From contig OZ025728.1 in NCBI GenBank assembly GCA_964019335.1, forward strand, positions 62,001 to 126,000: a DNA stretch of 64,000 bases, read 5' to 3'. The notes under the pieces are model-generated. The model searched no databases. It worked only from the letters and a program-made list of their open reading frames with translations, and was not told the origin of the DNA. This document shows positions 41,607 through 53,395 of the stretch, piece by piece (position 1 is the first letter of the stretch; each line of letters begins with the position of its first letter). Made by a program: the position numbers and the translations under genes. This stretch comes from Diplonema japonicum. Its lineage: Eukaryota; Protista; Euglenozoa: Diplonemea.

Positions 41607-43970
41607 CTACTTCAATGTAGCCCACACACTGTTGTACCAAGGAGCACCACAGGTGACAGAAGTGTCACCAGGGCACGGGGTCCTGCACAAGTATTCTGGA
41701 AGACTCTTTCTGCTGCCAAGGTCATTCCCACACCAGCACTGATTCCCGTTTTGAAGACCCGCAACAGCATAACCATTGTGCTGGCAGGTCCGGGTGCACT
41801 CTTCGACATTGTTTCCATTTCTGTCAGAGTAGGCGTACACAGGGAACTGCCTGCTGGACTGATAATCACGGTAGCACCCAGCATAGCGAAAGCTCTCCCT
41901 TGGAGCCACAGGGACCAGCGAGTAGACTTGGTTCCTGTATCCTCCACCGCAGGTCTGTGTGCTGTCCCCACTGCACGGGTCGTCGCACTGTGACATTGTT
42001 GTCCTCGTTGAAGTGGAGAGGTCGTCCCCACACCAGCACTGCTTCCCGTACTGAAGACCTGCGTACTTGTACCCGTTGTGCTGGCAGGTCCGGGTGCACT
42101 CCCACACAGTGTTCAGGGGCGACGAGAAGGCATGGTGTGAGAGCCTTCTCCGGCTGCCTTCCTTGAAGCACCCCTCCAGGACAGGGGTGTGAGGTGGTAC
42201 CATGGGGACAACCCTGTACACTGTGCCCCGGAGGTAGCCCCCGCACTTCTGCGCGCTGTCCCCAGAGCAAGCCGTACTGCACTTCGCGGGGTCCACACGT
42301 GCTGAAGTCGAGATGTCGTCCCCACACCAGCACTGGCTCCCATCTTGGGTCCCCGAGTACTTGTACCCCTTTGACTGGCAGATCGTTGCACACTCCCCGT
42401 TCGTGAGCCCCTTGTCATCGGTGTAGGCATGGTGTGAAAGTTTCCTCTGTGTCGCTATGTGCTCGTAGCAGCCCTCCAGGACAGGGGTGTGCAGGGACGC
42501 TGGGATCGTGAACTGGAACACCTTCATCCTCCCGTCCCCACCGCACTTCGTAGAGGAGTCCCCCGTGCACTCCAGTTCTTCACAGTCGGAGGCAATGTGG
42601 CGCACCGCCCCAGACATGGAGTCCCCACACCAGCACGAGTCACCGGACTGCACACCGGCAAAGGTGTAGCCCTTCGCGTGGCAGTTCACGAGGCACGACT
42701 CGACCGTGTTGTCGGTGCCTTGGTACTCAAGGTGGGGAAGCTGCCTGTTCATACTGGAGTCGGCGAAGCACCCAATCCCCCAGCTAGGGAGTTGCGTAGG
42801 CACAGGCGTGGGGGCAGGAGTCGGAACAGGAGTTGGCACAGGAGTCGGAACAGGGGTAGGCACAGGAGTCGGAACAGGGGTAGGAACCGGAGTTGGCACC
42901 GGCGTGGGAACAGGGGTGGGCATAGGAGTCGGAACAGGAGTAGGAACCGGGGTGGGGGCAGGGGTTGGGGGCGGCGCCAGTGTAGGTACAGGGATTTGAA
43001 CCACCGAAAACGTGTTGCCCGCACCTCTACCCTTCCCCGCGTACAGGTAACCCGGGATAAGCCTCATAACGGTGGTCGTACCCACACCACCAGCAAGATT
43101 CGAGTACACATCAGGAGCGTCCTCATGCCACACCCGAATACCGTTTTGACCGCATGCGACATAAAGACGCGAGTTAAAAAACTGCATATCGACACACCCA
43201 CTGGCTGAGGGTGTGGTCAGCATAGTGGTGGCACCAGTAGTGGGGTCCATCCTCACCACCCGGTTGCTGTCAATGTAATACAAAAGCCCGTCTTGCAGGT
43301 GGATCTTGTTGGCAAGGACACCAGTCGCACGGAACGACTCCAGTCTGGGGCTGGAGGGGTTAGTCACATCAATGATGAGAATGCCGTTCTGCGAGTGTGA
43401 CGCCACACCATATACTTTTCCGTTGAGATATGTCATATCGTCCAGCCAGGTTCCGGTCACAGAGTGGGTAAAGACGCCAACTTGTGTGAGGGTAGCTTTG
43501 TCAAGCACGTGGAAGGTTAATATGAGGTCATTGACCTGACGGTATGAGACGTAAAGGTGGTTTGCTGATTGAGCGATCCCGCGTTCTTGGGTGTCGGCGT
43601 TGTTCGGAGGGAGGAATCTTCCCGTGCTTTTGATCATTGGGGGGTTGACCGCGTTTGCTCCCAAGTTGTAGCTCACGACCGCCCAGAACCCCGCAACGTA
43701 AATAGTGCTGCCGTCCAGTGTTATCGCTCGCACCGGTCCCATGTCGTTGTCGTAAGGGATCTGCCCCACCTCTACTGGGTTGTTTTTGTCGGCCACATTG
43801 ATAATTCTCACGTTCGTCGGGTGCGCATCGGTAACAGCACAATAAACGTAATCACCCCACAGTACCATGTCGTAGGCTTTGTAGTTGTCTGTAGGGGTCG
43901 CGGTTCCTATTTTGTTGAGCTCCTGTCCCATTGCCACGCCTACGGTGAGCAGCAGTAGTTTTTTTAACAT
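41607..43970 (-). CDS. Secreted protein: LVIVD-type beta-propeller, PT linker and four WSC domains
   Basis: Signal peptide, LVIVD-like repeats ([29 protein letters not shown]), PTPV repeats and four GC..TVE.C..C..GY..AG.Q.G..CWCG..C.GD...CGG units. Confidence 0.92.
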   Translation of the reverse strand: MLKKLLLLTVGVAMGQELNKIGTATPTDNYKAYDMVLWGDYVYCAVTDAHPTNVRIINVADKNNPVEVGQIPYDNDMGPVRAITLDGSTIYVAGFWAVVSYNLGANAVNPPMIKSTGRFLPPNNADTQERGIAQSANHLYVSYRQVNDLILTFHVLDKATLTQVGVFTHSVTGTWLDDMTYLNGKVYGVASHSQNGILIIDVTNPSSPRLESFRATGVLANKIHLQDGLLYYIDSNRVVRMDPTTGATTMLTTPSASGCVDMQFFNSRLYVACGQNGIRVWHEDAPDVYSNLAGGVGTTTVMRLIPGYLYAGKGRGAGNTFSVVQIPVPTLAPPPTPAPTPVPTPVPTPMPTPVPTPVPTPVPTPVPTPVPTPVPTPVPTPVPTPAPTPVPTQLPSWGIGCFADSSMNRQLPHLEYQGTDNTVESCLVNCHAKGYTFAGVQSGDSCWCGDSMSGAVRHIASDCEELECTGDSSTKCGGDGRMKVFQFTIPASLHTPVLEGCYEHIATQRKLSHHAYTDDKGLTNGECATICQSKGYKYSGTQDGSQCWCGDDISTSARVDPAKCSTACSGDSAQKCGGYLRGTVYRVVPMVPPHTPVLEGCFKEGSRRRLSHHAFSSPLNTVWECTRTCQHNGYKYAGLQYGKQCWCGDDLSTSTRTTMSQCDDPCSGDSTQTCGGGYRNQVYSLVPVAPRESFRYAGCYRDYQSSRQFPVYAYSDRNGNNVEECTRTCQHNGYAVAGLQNGNQCWCGNDLGSRKSLPEYLCRTPCPGDTSVTCGAPWYNSVWATLK

Positions 43971-44181
43971 TTTCTTTTTTTTTTTTTTTTTGAAAAACTG
44001 AAAAAAAAAAAAAAAAAAAAAAAGATTTCCTCGGGGGGTAAAAACCGGAAGATAAAAAAAAAAAAAAGAAGAAAAAAAAAAAAAGGACGAAAATATTTAA
44101 CAAAACAGAAAAAAAAAGAAAATCTTTGTATTGCAAAAGAAAAAAAGAAAAAAAATGCGTTTTTTTTTTTTTTTTTTTTTT

Positions 44182-46327
44182 TTACCATTTCGGTAATTTC
44201 GAATTCGAAATAAGATTGGCATCACTTTCTATGTAGGGCAACCCGGCTTGGCGCTTCTCTGCGGCTTGCTCCATTTTCCGTTTATTCGCGTACTGCATGT
44301 ATTTTCTTTCCTCTTTTTTCCCCCCCCTTTCCATTACACACCTTTTCCTTCTCTTTATTCAAGATTCTATCAGGGTCTAACACCTCTACCCGTGGCAAGA
44401 AGGAAGATGCCTCACTTGTCGTCTTTTTGGCCATGTCGGACAGAGTCCCAAATCTTGCAAGGTTTTTCGACCAACCGCCTTTGTACACCTGTTTCTTCTC
44501 ATGATAGTAATATGTCCCGGGGCCTTCTTTAAGTCCTTGGTGCCAATGGCCTTCGTATCTGTCGCCGTTGGCCATGTATTGGGTGGCCCAGCCCTCTACT
44601 GTGTCCCATTTCCACTGCCCTTCGATTTTGTCGCCGTTAGCTAGGAACACCTTTCCGACGGCTGCACGAAGACCATCTTCGAAGTACCCCTCGTATATGT
44701 CACCATTAGGGTACCAGTGAACGCCTTTACCGTGGCGTTTGTCTCGTCTCCACTCCCCTTTGTAGATGCGGACCCATTCGGTTAGCTCTGATTTGCGTTT
44801 CCACAGTGTGCCGGTCCCCTCCCGCATTCCTTCTTTCCACTCTCCTTCGTACCTGGTTAGCCGGGTCAGTTGTTCCCCCCAACCTTCTTTCAAACCGTTC
44901 TTCCACTGTCCCTTGTACGTGTTCCCCCCGGACGTTCCTTTAGCGCCCTTTGTCGGAACGTAGATTTTGTTCCGCGACCCGTGGATCTTCGAGTCCAGCA
45001 CGCTTTGCTTCCATTTCTGATGGTGTTTCGGGCTTGTCGACACCGCTGTAGGAAGCTTGTCTACTTTCGAGTAATGTTGCGGTTGACCGTCTGGTGACGG
45101 GCATCCGGTTAGCAATGACGTGTATTTTTCTTGCAGCCTGCAGACCATTTCTTCGATTTCCGTCAAAGGATGCCCGAGCGCCAGGTCGGTTTCAGGGAGC
45201 TTTGCTTCAGCCGCCTTGAGCTGCTTCCACACCTGCCCCGCCTCTGTCACCTGTGTTTGCCGTTTGAGCGTTGTCGTGATCTGCTGCGCGTTCTGAAGGT
45301 TCTCAAGGGTGTCGGTGGTCTCGTGGTAGTCAAGGGTGCTAACGGTTGATAACATAACTGTCGCTACCGTTCCACTAAGCGGGCCGGTTAGAACCTGTGT
45401 GAGCTTGGACTCCGTGAAGAGAGATTCTGACATTTCAGGAAGCTTGTCTTGAAGACCGTTGAGCTCGGTGGAGTTCCCTGCTTGGGCAAGCTTTCTTCTT
45501 CTCAGCTCAACGGCGTGAAGAATAGCGGATCCGAGGATTGTGATGGACTTGTTGACGGAAGCCCCGTGTCTGAGGACTTCACCTGAAGCGCCCTTCTGCC
45601 CAACTCTGTCGGGCCCTTTCAAATGCCCGAAGAGTAAGGAAGATGTGACAACATGGTTCGGGCGGTCGGTGTCCTCCATGATGATGTTTAGCTTGACGAA
45701 TCCGTGCCACCTTGCCCCGCGTTCTTCCGACAGCTTGATTCTGTTTATGTTGCCGTGCATGACATAGTCGTCGAGCTCTGTCCATGATGTGATGTCCACT
45801 TCTGTGAGACCCGGTATGTACGTCCCACCGTAACCGTCTTTTCGGACATTGAAAACTCCCGTATTTTGAAGAGATAGAGCGTCCTTGATCTCGGTGTTTG
45901 ACATTTCCCAGTAGGAGAGGGAGACGCGGAATTGAAGGTTTTGTGGTGCATTTTCGATGCGGGTTAACAGTTCTTTTGTGGTGAGCTGGATCAGGCCGGG
46001 TTCTTGGTCCGATCCGAAGAAAGTGTGGGTTTTTCCGGTGGCGGCGGGGCCGTAAGCTAGACAGCACGCGCTGTACCCGTTCATGATTAGTTCCACCATC
46101 TCCATGCCGACGGTTTGGAAGATGTCAACCTGAGTCGCGTCGTCGGGGAAGAAATAGTCATAGTTGTACAGCAGCCCCTCCTTGCTTTCGGGATAGAACG
46201 CAATCAGCCTGTCCCCGTCGATCTTCAACATTACCTGTACCTTCGACTTCTCATCTGCGCTCAATGGTTTCTCCCTAATCGCGATTCTAAGGTGGTCCCA
46301 TTCCTCCAGCTGCATTGGCTGCACCAT
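44182..46327 (-). CDS. Atypical kinesin motor domain fused to C-terminal MORN repeats; exons 46327-44342 and 44292-44182
   Basis: Motifs YNYDYFF..TQ, GYSACCLAYGPAATGKTHT, VSLSYWE, VNKSI and ESKLTQVL, followed by YxGxW MORN repeats. Splicing gives KEK|YANKRKMEQAAEKRQAGLPYIESDANLISNSKLPKW*. Confidence 0.88.
44293..44341 (-). other. 49-nt purine-rich GT-AG intron with paired ends
   Basis: Sequence GTGTGTAATGGAAAGGGGGGGGAAAAAAGAGGAAAGAAAATACATGCAG, phase 0. Splicing opens a 36-codon coding-like last exon. Confidence 0.75.
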
Positions 46328-46458
46328 TTTTTTTTTTTTTTCTTCTTTCCCCCCCCCCCACACTCCTCCTTCCCCCCTCTCCTCCTTTTTTTTTTGATTT
46401 TTTTTTTTTTTGGTTCGAAAAAAAAAAATTTTTTTTTTTTGATTTTTTTTTTTTTTTT

Positions 46459-47364
46459 TTACTGTTTCACCATGTTCTGTCGCGCCGTCATTGCGGCCTC
46501 CAGTGCCATACATGCTGCGGTTTGCAGCGGGAAGAACGAACCGTTTCTAGGCCGCAATTTCAAGGTTGTTGCGCAAGCCGGCATGATGTGCGACGTCAGC
46601 TTCAAACCGGGGGACTCAGGGTGCGTGCCACACAGCATGACCCACGGCTTCCCGTCCATACCTGTTCCAGGGGAAGGCCCCGCTTCAGAGAACCGGTATA
46701 TAGTTGTTGCCTTCCTGTTCTGGGTGGTGTTGTAGAGGCCTGTGAAGTGGAAGTCCTCAGCGGTATTCAAAGCGAAGTCCACAAGATTATCAACATGGTA
46801 CAGCTTCACCTTCTCGACATAACCCCGCGAGGCGTACGAGATCACACCGTAGGAGTAAGGGGTTGCCCTGTTGCCCCCACCCATGATGATTCCGTTAACC
46901 CCGTAAGCAGCGCCTACATGGATCAGCTCACCAAGTTCTGTTGTTGTCACTCCTGTCAAATCGATGCCTAAGTAGATACGTGAGGAACCATCGGCTAAAG
47001 GCGTTTCTGGTATGATTTTGAGCATGGGGTTAGGGAGTTCCTCGTCGCACTCCATGATGATACCTTCGTGGTAGGCCGAAAGGTTTCCGCTTGTCAGTTC
47101 GCCTTCCCTCACGTACGGGTCTAAAAGCCTCTTGGCCAGGCCTTCCATCGCTGCCCTGCTGTGATAAATTACAGGGGGTTTCGGTTGGGTGATGGACTCC
47201 ACCACAGCGCTGCCCTGGCTGCCCTCCAGGACATGGATCTTTTCCCCCCGCCCCGCCAGCACCGCTTCCCGCACGGGGTTTCCACCAAATATCGCCTTAT
47301 CGGCCTCAATCACAGCCACTGTTGTTTGCCGTGCTTGTATCGCTCGTTTCACAGCTGTTCGCAT

Positions 47365-47367
<3 letters not shown>
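46459..47367 (-). CDS. Divergent SpoU/TrmH (SPOUT) RNA methyltransferase-like protein, probably mitochondrial
   Basis: IFGGNPVREAV, HEGII, ELGELIHVGAAYGV (cf. NLGAIxRSAxAFG), ASRG, ESPGL and FPLQTAACMAL (cf. SLNVSVA). The N-terminus is Arg-rich and resembles a mitochondrial presequence. Confidence 0.7.
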
Positions 47368-47397
<30 letters not shown>

Positions 47398-47527
47398 CCC
47401 TGTAAAAAAATACGGAGGAGTACAAAAATCTTTTTAAAAAAGAGGGTGGGGAGAAGAGAAGTTGGGTGGAGGAAAAAAAAAAAAAATAATAATAATAAAT
47501 AAAGAAGAAAAAAAAAAAAAAAAAAAT

Positions 47528-49312
47528 CTAACCGTTTCCTTTTCTCGGAACCCCGAGCTTTTTCAGAACCTGCTCGGTGACCACCTTCTTGACAATGTCA
47601 TCAGTAAGCACGTCATGCACTGTGTGCGCAAGGAAAGCATCTACCTTGGAGCTCTTCGGGTGCACGCCCGTCCTGGAAAAATACTCTGTTCGAACCTCAA
47701 GCGACAGCTGGTTCAGAGTGGACGGGGGAACATCCGTGGCGGAGGGGAAGACCGGATCCTCATTCTGGTTGGGCTCGACAAGAAGACGGAGAATAGGACG
47801 GCCATCATCATGAAAAGGACTATCGCATGACGTAACTGCCGCCTGCACAGCTCGTACCATCCTTTGAACAGCAAGACCGCACTCCACAACATGGTTCCTT
47901 GTAACCCAATATTCCATTCGGTAGGTTTGCTCCGGATCGCGTTGGGACTCAAAGGGCAAACAATGCATCACTGTTGAAACAAGCGGTGACAGACTCGACG
48001 GAGCGTGGCATGCTTTCACATAGTATGACGCTGCTGGGTGGTTTTTGTTGCCCTGGTTCTGCGTGATTTGTAAGAGTACCGACAGGAGGTCGTTCAGTAC
48101 CAACCACTCCGCGTGGCCTTTTCCGAACCCAGCAGGGGGCTCTGCGACAATAACATGACGAAACACGAATTTTTCCAGATTTTGCGAGATCATTTCTTGC
48201 AGAGATCCTTTCTCGTCGAACAGCCCCATGCCGGACTCGACGCCCCAGCCTCCGGGTGGTGGCGGCACCGCGGACCGTGATGGTTTCGATTTTTTAACAA
48301 TCTCCACTTCGCTCACGTCGGGTCGAAGTGTTTGAACTATGTGCGATTTTGTAGGAGTCTCCCACGCCTTCATCCTTTTGGCCTTGACGGACGTGGTCTG
48401 GAAGCTGTTCTCCAAGTCATGTCTTTTAGTTGTCCCGCCCTGCGCATTGACGCACATAAGCAAAACAAGATCTAAAATACCACCTTCAATATCCTTGGTA
48501 ACACGTGATTGCACGCCGAACCCTGTTGGTGCGTCAACGTCTCTGTACACAGTGGAGGATTGGTCTAAGGTAGCTTGTTCTTCAATGGCCATTGTCTGGC
48601 GAAGTATCTGCGGGTATCGAAAGGGATCGGAATCGAGGTCGCGGGGGGGTTCCTTCGCCAGGCGCGGCGGGGATTTAGGAGGTGTCGGGCTCGGTGCTTT
48701 CTTCTGCACGACAACAACCTCGTGCTCCGATGGATCCGGTGTCACTGGCTCGACAACTTTAACATTTGGTTCATCATGAACCGGTTCCTCCACACGGGTA
48801 ATGACTGCTTTGCTGTCCGGTTGTTCCATCTCGCTTATTGGTATTACAGTAGCTGCAGTTGCTGCAAATTGTTTCAAAGATGTGGACAAGTCGGAGAAAT
48901 CAGAACTGTGGATAGGCAACGTTAACGGCTTCTCAAACGTAGGAGAAGGGGGGTCATCCTTTGGTATTTCATGTTTTATGGGAGAGACGGTTGGGGTGGG
49001 TGCTTCTTTTGCGGCCTGTCTGCGTTTCAACAAGCTCGACCTGCTGATGCTCATGCTAACGGCCTCGCCTTCTTCGGGGTCTTCGTTGACGCCGCGTTTG
49101 CCTGCTAGGGTTCGCTTGATGTCCCAGGTGGTTTCCTTTGTCAGTGTGTTGTACCAGTAGACCCTACCGTCGGCGGTCTTTACCTCTTTGTACTCCCCGC
49201 TTCGTAGCGCGTCCTCCACGTTTGCGTCGTGCTCCATCTCTCCCTGTGCTGCTGTGCTGTCTTCTTCCTCTTCATCTTCGTCAAAATCCTCTTCTGAATA
49301 TTGGTCGGACAT
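47528..49312 (-). CDS. WW-domain protein with a Pro-rich linker and an unassigned C-terminal domain
   Basis: YKEVKTADGRVYWYNTLTKETTWD near the N-terminus; 594 aa. Confidence 0.82.
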   Translation of the reverse strand: MSDQYSEEDFDEDEEEEDSTAAQGEMEHDANVEDALRSGEYKEVKTADGRVYWYNTLTKETTWDIKRTLAGKRGVNEDPEEGEAVSMSISRSSLLKRRQAAKEAPTPTVSPIKHEIPKDDPPSPTFEKPLTLPIHSSDFSDLSTSLKQFAATAATVIPISEMEQPDSKAVITRVEEPVHDEPNVKVVEPVTPDPSEHEVVVVQKKAPSPTPPKSPPRLAKEPPRDLDSDPFRYPQILRQTMAIEEQATLDQSSTVYRDVDAPTGFGVQSRVTKDIEGGILDLVLLMCVNAQGGTTKRHDLENSFQTTSVKAKRMKAWETPTKSHIVQTLRPDVSEVEIVKKSKPSRSAVPPPPGGWGVESGMGLFDEKGSLQEMISQNLEKFVFRHVIVAEPPAGFGKGHAEWLVLNDLLSVLLQITQNQGNKNHPAASYYVKACHAPSSLSPLVSTVMHCLPFESQRDPEQTYRMEYWVTRNHVVECGLAVQRMVRAVQAAVTSCDSPFHDDGRPILRLLVEPNQNEDPVFPSATDVPPSTLNQLSLEVRTEYFSRTGVHPKSSKVDAFLAHTVHDVLTDDIVKKVVTEQVLKKLGVPRKGNG

Positions 49313-49929
49313 TCTTGTTTAATCCTCTCCCCCTGCCCCCTCTAGATGTGTTTTTTTTTTTTTTTTTCCCGGAGTACTCTGGCAATTCATTTTTTAATGA
49401 ACACTATTTTTCTTTTTTCTTTTTTTTTTTTTTTTTTTTGTGAAAAACCTACCCAACGGCGGGAATTGATGTCAGGAGCGAAGGGGGAGGGAGGGGAGGG
49501 GGATGAAAAAAAAAAAGATTTGCGACTTTTTAAACGAAAAAGGCACTACAATAAGCAAAACGGTCGCTTTTACAACAGACAAGCCACAATCAGTGTCGGG
49601 TAAACCTTATAGTATTGTTATCATTTCTTCTGGGTATAGTAGTTACCTTGATCCCTTTACTCGGGGTGGGAGGGGGGGGTAATTTAATCGACCCAGCTCG
49701 CTTACGGGGAGGTGTCGCCATCACCTGGACCAGTAAAGTCCTGCTGCCCCACAAAAGGATGTCCTTGAAGGGAACCTTGCAACGCACAGCCAACTCAGCT
49801 AGTTTTTGAAAAAAAGAGTGTTGAATTTTTTAAATGAATTTTAATTCTGTAGAAAAAAATCCTTTTTCAACAGCGTTGTGCGGTGTAACTGAATTGTTTA
49901 AAGAAAAGTAAGAATCAAGGTAACAAGAA

Positions 49930-50500
49930 GAAAAGAAAAGATAAAGGAGGCCAGTCGGTGCGTCCTAAAGAAACAAACATGGGAAATAGTGAGAGAGCTA
50001 AAAAAAAAAAAAAAAAAATGAAAATGGGAGTAATCAAAGTAAGACCATTGATAGGACGGAGCGAATCAAGAAGGAAAAAAAAAAAGAAAAAAAAAAGAAA
50101 TTCGAATTATCTCAGTTTCGGACGAATCTCGCTTTTCGGTATGTGGCGTATTGAAGGGCCGGGTACCACCGCGAAGGATCGACCCCTTCCTTCGAGCGGT
50201 TGCCGTTCCCCATAATGATATATTTCTTTTTTTTTTTCTCTTCTCTTTTTTTTTTTTTTTCTTCTTTTTCTTTTCGTCACGAATCATTCTGTGAATACCG
50301 ACAAGTAAGAGTTAAAGGATGCCAGTTGGTGGCACCCTAAAAAAAGAAACAAACACGGGAGAAAAGTGAGAGAGCCAAAAAAAAAAAAAAAAAAAAAAAA
50401 AAACTCATAGTAAAAAGACAATCCCATTTTGATGACAGCCTCGAAATAAAGATAAGAACGAGAGAATCATAGTTAGGGGTTTTTTTTTGGAGCGAATCAA
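49930..50500 (+). repeat. Degenerate local tandem duplication (unit ~370-430 bp)
   Basis: TAAAGGA.GCCAGT.GGTG..CCTAAA..GAAACAAACA.GGGA..AGTGAGAGAGC at ~49942-49998 and ~50313-50375. GGAGCGAATCAA at ~50058 and ~50489. Confidence 0.7.
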
Positions 50501-50541
50501 AAAAAAAAAAAAAAAAAAAAAAGTTCTCTAAGAAGCCCACT

Positions 50542-52596
50542 CTACTTGCGAACGGCTGCCCGCCGCTGGCTCCTCCCACTGACGAGTGACCACGTCGATG
50601 CAACAGGCCTCTCGATAAAGACAAAGAGCAGAGCCGCCGTTACATAGGAGGCGACGGTCACGTTTCCACTGGCGAGAGTCAACCACCAGCTGCTGAAGTG
50701 AACGAGGTTAGGCCCGTAGCTTATCTTCAAAAGGCCTAGGATAAAGGGGTGGACGAGGTAGACAGTAAAGGTGAGCTTTGATAAGGGCTCCCACACCGAG
50801 TGCGCCATCATCTTCCTCACCCACCCGCCATGACCATTCACAAAGATCAGCGTCAGGATAGACAGCCCAATCCCCCACAACATGTGGTATGCCACCTGCG
50901 ACCACGCAATCTGGTCCTTGCTCCACTTCTCACCTTCTATGTTGTCCTTCATAGCTGCCCATGGAATGAAACAGCAGCCGAGTAAGATAGCAGCACTTGC
51001 GAAGTACCCACAGTACCTCACTACAGTGTTTGCAACTACCGCCTTGATCCTATCGTTCACATCTTTTGAGGTGTATGCGAAGGCAGCAAGCAACCCGTAC
51101 AGGTAAGGCGGTGCCCTAACCCATGGTTTCACGTAAGCTTTGTTAAACCCACCTGTGAGCTGGTCATCAGAGACACGTGTTATGAAGTAGCACGCAATGA
51201 GCGAGGCGAACACAAGGAACGAGGTGAAGATGGCGGTGTGACGCGACCGGTGCACGTAGCCAAGAACTATGAGAACCCCGAGCATCATCAGCTGGAAGTC
51301 GCAGGCAAGGTACCAGCAGTGCCCCAAGCAGGAACCCGTGCTGAAGTCGTCGAAGTTGTTGATGAACAGCAGGTTGCGCCACCAATCCGCACCACAGTCT
51401 CGTGCCATGGTACCACCATTTTTACCCAGTCTTATGAAGGGCCCGCTTGACACATACATGAAGAGGTTGTAAGTAGCAAGGATGACCACCCCGTAGGCGG
51501 GCACGATGCGGATGTATCTGTCTACGTACGACATTCCAACACGCTTTGCCTGCACAGGTGCATCCGCTTCGCGAGGCCAAGACCGCACCCCGACCAAGGC
51601 AACAAGGAACGCACTCAGGAAAAAGAAGGTATCCACCGCGTACAGGCCGGGGACGTTGAAGTACGCCCTGAAGGACTTAAAATACTCGAAGAGATCCTGA
51701 CCGTTCTCCACAGCGTTCTCCTCCGGTAGTATTGCAGTGTGGAGGTAGACGATCCACACACTGGACACCACACGCATCATGTTCAGAAAGTTTGTCGGCC
51801 TGCTGGAGGTGGTCATCAACTCGGAAAAGGCTGCAGACAGGTCCCAACAGTAGCACAGCTTCATGATGTAAGATCTGTCGACAGGGTCGACACCGCTCTG
51901 CCTGTTCAAGGGTCGCACGAACCCTGTCTTCTCGTCTTCGTGATCACTGTCACTGTCGTCAATTGTCTTCTTCCCTTCGAGAAGGGCGTAGATGGAGTCC
52001 TTCGACTCGTACAGCCTGCACACAAACGAGCATAGAAGAGACACAAAACCTAAAATAGACAGGAAGGCAACAACACCTACAGCGGCGTTGTCATCGCTGA
52101 ACCTCGGGTCCTCGTTGTGGCAGTTGAAGCCGACAAGAGAGGCCGCGATACCTGCTGGGTCAGGGAGCACCTTCTGCTCCACAAGTGGGCGAAGGACCTT
52201 GTTTAAAAGAATGTCTAGATCTTCTTCAGTGCAGGATGGGAGCACGCAGGTGGTCCCGCCAACAGTAATGCCCGTCACGCCATAGCAGAAGGAGCCGCCC
52301 ATAACTTCGCATGCAGTGTACATCCCAGCTGTCGGGATGAACAGCGCCATGGGCATTGCGGAGAGAACAGCGCTGCCAGTTGCGTTCTTGTTCATCTTGT
52401 AGGTGAACCAGTTCACTGTGGAGACAGATGCGTACGCAGCAGGCTGCTGCCACACACACCTGTCCATGAGGTCGGTATAGTTCGAAAATTCAGGCGATGC
52501 GATCTCTTGTGCAAGTGGGGGGAACTCAATGTCATTTCCCAGCAGATGATCGGCCTCAGGTGCAGCCAGGGTGAGCAGGAGCGCTTGCAGGATCAT
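50542..52596 (-). CDS. Acyltransferase-3 family membrane O-acyltransferase (NRF-6/OACYL-like)
   Basis: Signal peptide and Cys ectodomain (CVLPSCT), then FLNMMRV..WIVYLH, AVDTFFFLS, RYIRIVPAY, WWRNLLFINN, CWYLACDFQ, YVKPWVR, PLSKLTFTVYLVH and ERP. Confidence 0.93.
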   Translation of the reverse strand: MILQALLLTLAAPEADHLLGNDIEFPPLAQEIASPEFSNYTDLMDRCVWQQPAAYASVSTVNWFTYKMNKNATGSAVLSAMPMALFIPTAGMYTACEVMGGSFCYGVTGITVGGTTCVLPSCTEEDLDILLNKVLRPLVEQKVLPDPAGIAASLVGFNCHNEDPRFSDDNAAVGVVAFLSILGFVSLLCSFVCRLYESKDSIYALLEGKKTIDDSDSDHEDEKTGFVRPLNRQSGVDPVDRSYIMKLCYCWDLSAAFSELMTTSSRPTNFLNMMRVVSSVWIVYLHTAILPEENAVENGQDLFEYFKSFRAYFNVPGLYAVDTFFFLSAFLVALVGVRSWPREADAPVQAKRVGMSYVDRYIRIVPAYGVVILATYNLFMYVSSGPFIRLGKNGGTMARDCGADWWRNLLFINNFDDFSTGSCLGHCWYLACDFQLMMLGVLIVLGYVHRSRHTAIFTSFLVFASLIACYFITRVSDDQLTGGFNKAYVKPWVRAPPYLYGLLAAFAYTSKDVNDRIKAVVANTVVRYCGYFASAAILLGCCFIPWAAMKDNIEGEKWSKDQIAWSQVAYHMLWGIGLSILTLIFVNGHGGWVRKMMAHSVWEPLSKLTFTVYLVHPFILGLLKISYGPNLVHFSSWWLTLASGNVTVASYVTAALLFVFIERPVASTWSLVSGRSQRRAAVRK

Positions 52597-52982
52597 GTCA
52601 ATATGTTTCCTTTATCTATAAGATGGTGGGGTATGAAATATGTGATGTTCAAAAAAAAAAAAAAAAAAAAAAAAAACACTGTAAGAGAAAAAAAAAAGGG
52701 GGGGAAGGAGGAACAAAAGGAATATAAAAAAAAAAAAGAACCGTCTGGCGAAGGCAAACCACCTTTTTTTTTTTTTTTTCTTCTTCCTCCCTCGCTTTTT
52801 TTTTTTTTTCTTTAGCGAGAGAGATATATAAAAAAAAAAAAAAAGAAGCTAGTGTTCTTTTGTTTTGTTTTTTCTTTGTGCACTATTCGTAGTTCTTTTT
52901 TTTTTTTTTTATATTTTTCTTTTTAAAACATTACAAAAACAGGCTGTTTTTCCGTTCATCATAAATTTTAAAAAAAAAAGAA

Positions 52983-53080
52983 TTGTTTGTGCGCACGAGC
53001 GGAATTTTACCTAATAAAATAGCTCATTACGCTGCCATCAACTAGTTTTTAGTCTCGACAATAATATTGTTAAAACAAAA
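52983..53080 (+). repeat. Dispersed repeat A, 98 bp identical to 5881-5978
   Basis: Base-for-base match on manual comparison. Confidence 0.92.
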
Positions 53081-53353
53081 TATTATTTACCCATAAAGGA
53101 CCCAAGAACTGATACATCAGCCACAGAAAACAAAAGAATCAACATCGCCGTATCCTCTGAAATAAAACGCTCCTGGAAAATCCTCGGGAAAAAAAAAAAA
53201 AAAAAAATAGGAGAAGAAAAAGGTTGAACGTTCGCGGGATATGCCGGCATGCCACCTCGCCGCCACTGCAGCAAGCGGGGGAGGGTCCAAATACGGGTTT
53301 TAAACAAAAAGAGGGGAAAAAAAAAACGAGGTTCACCTGGTTTGGGTAAAACA

Positions 53354-53392
<39 letters not shown>

Positions 53393-53395
53393 CTC

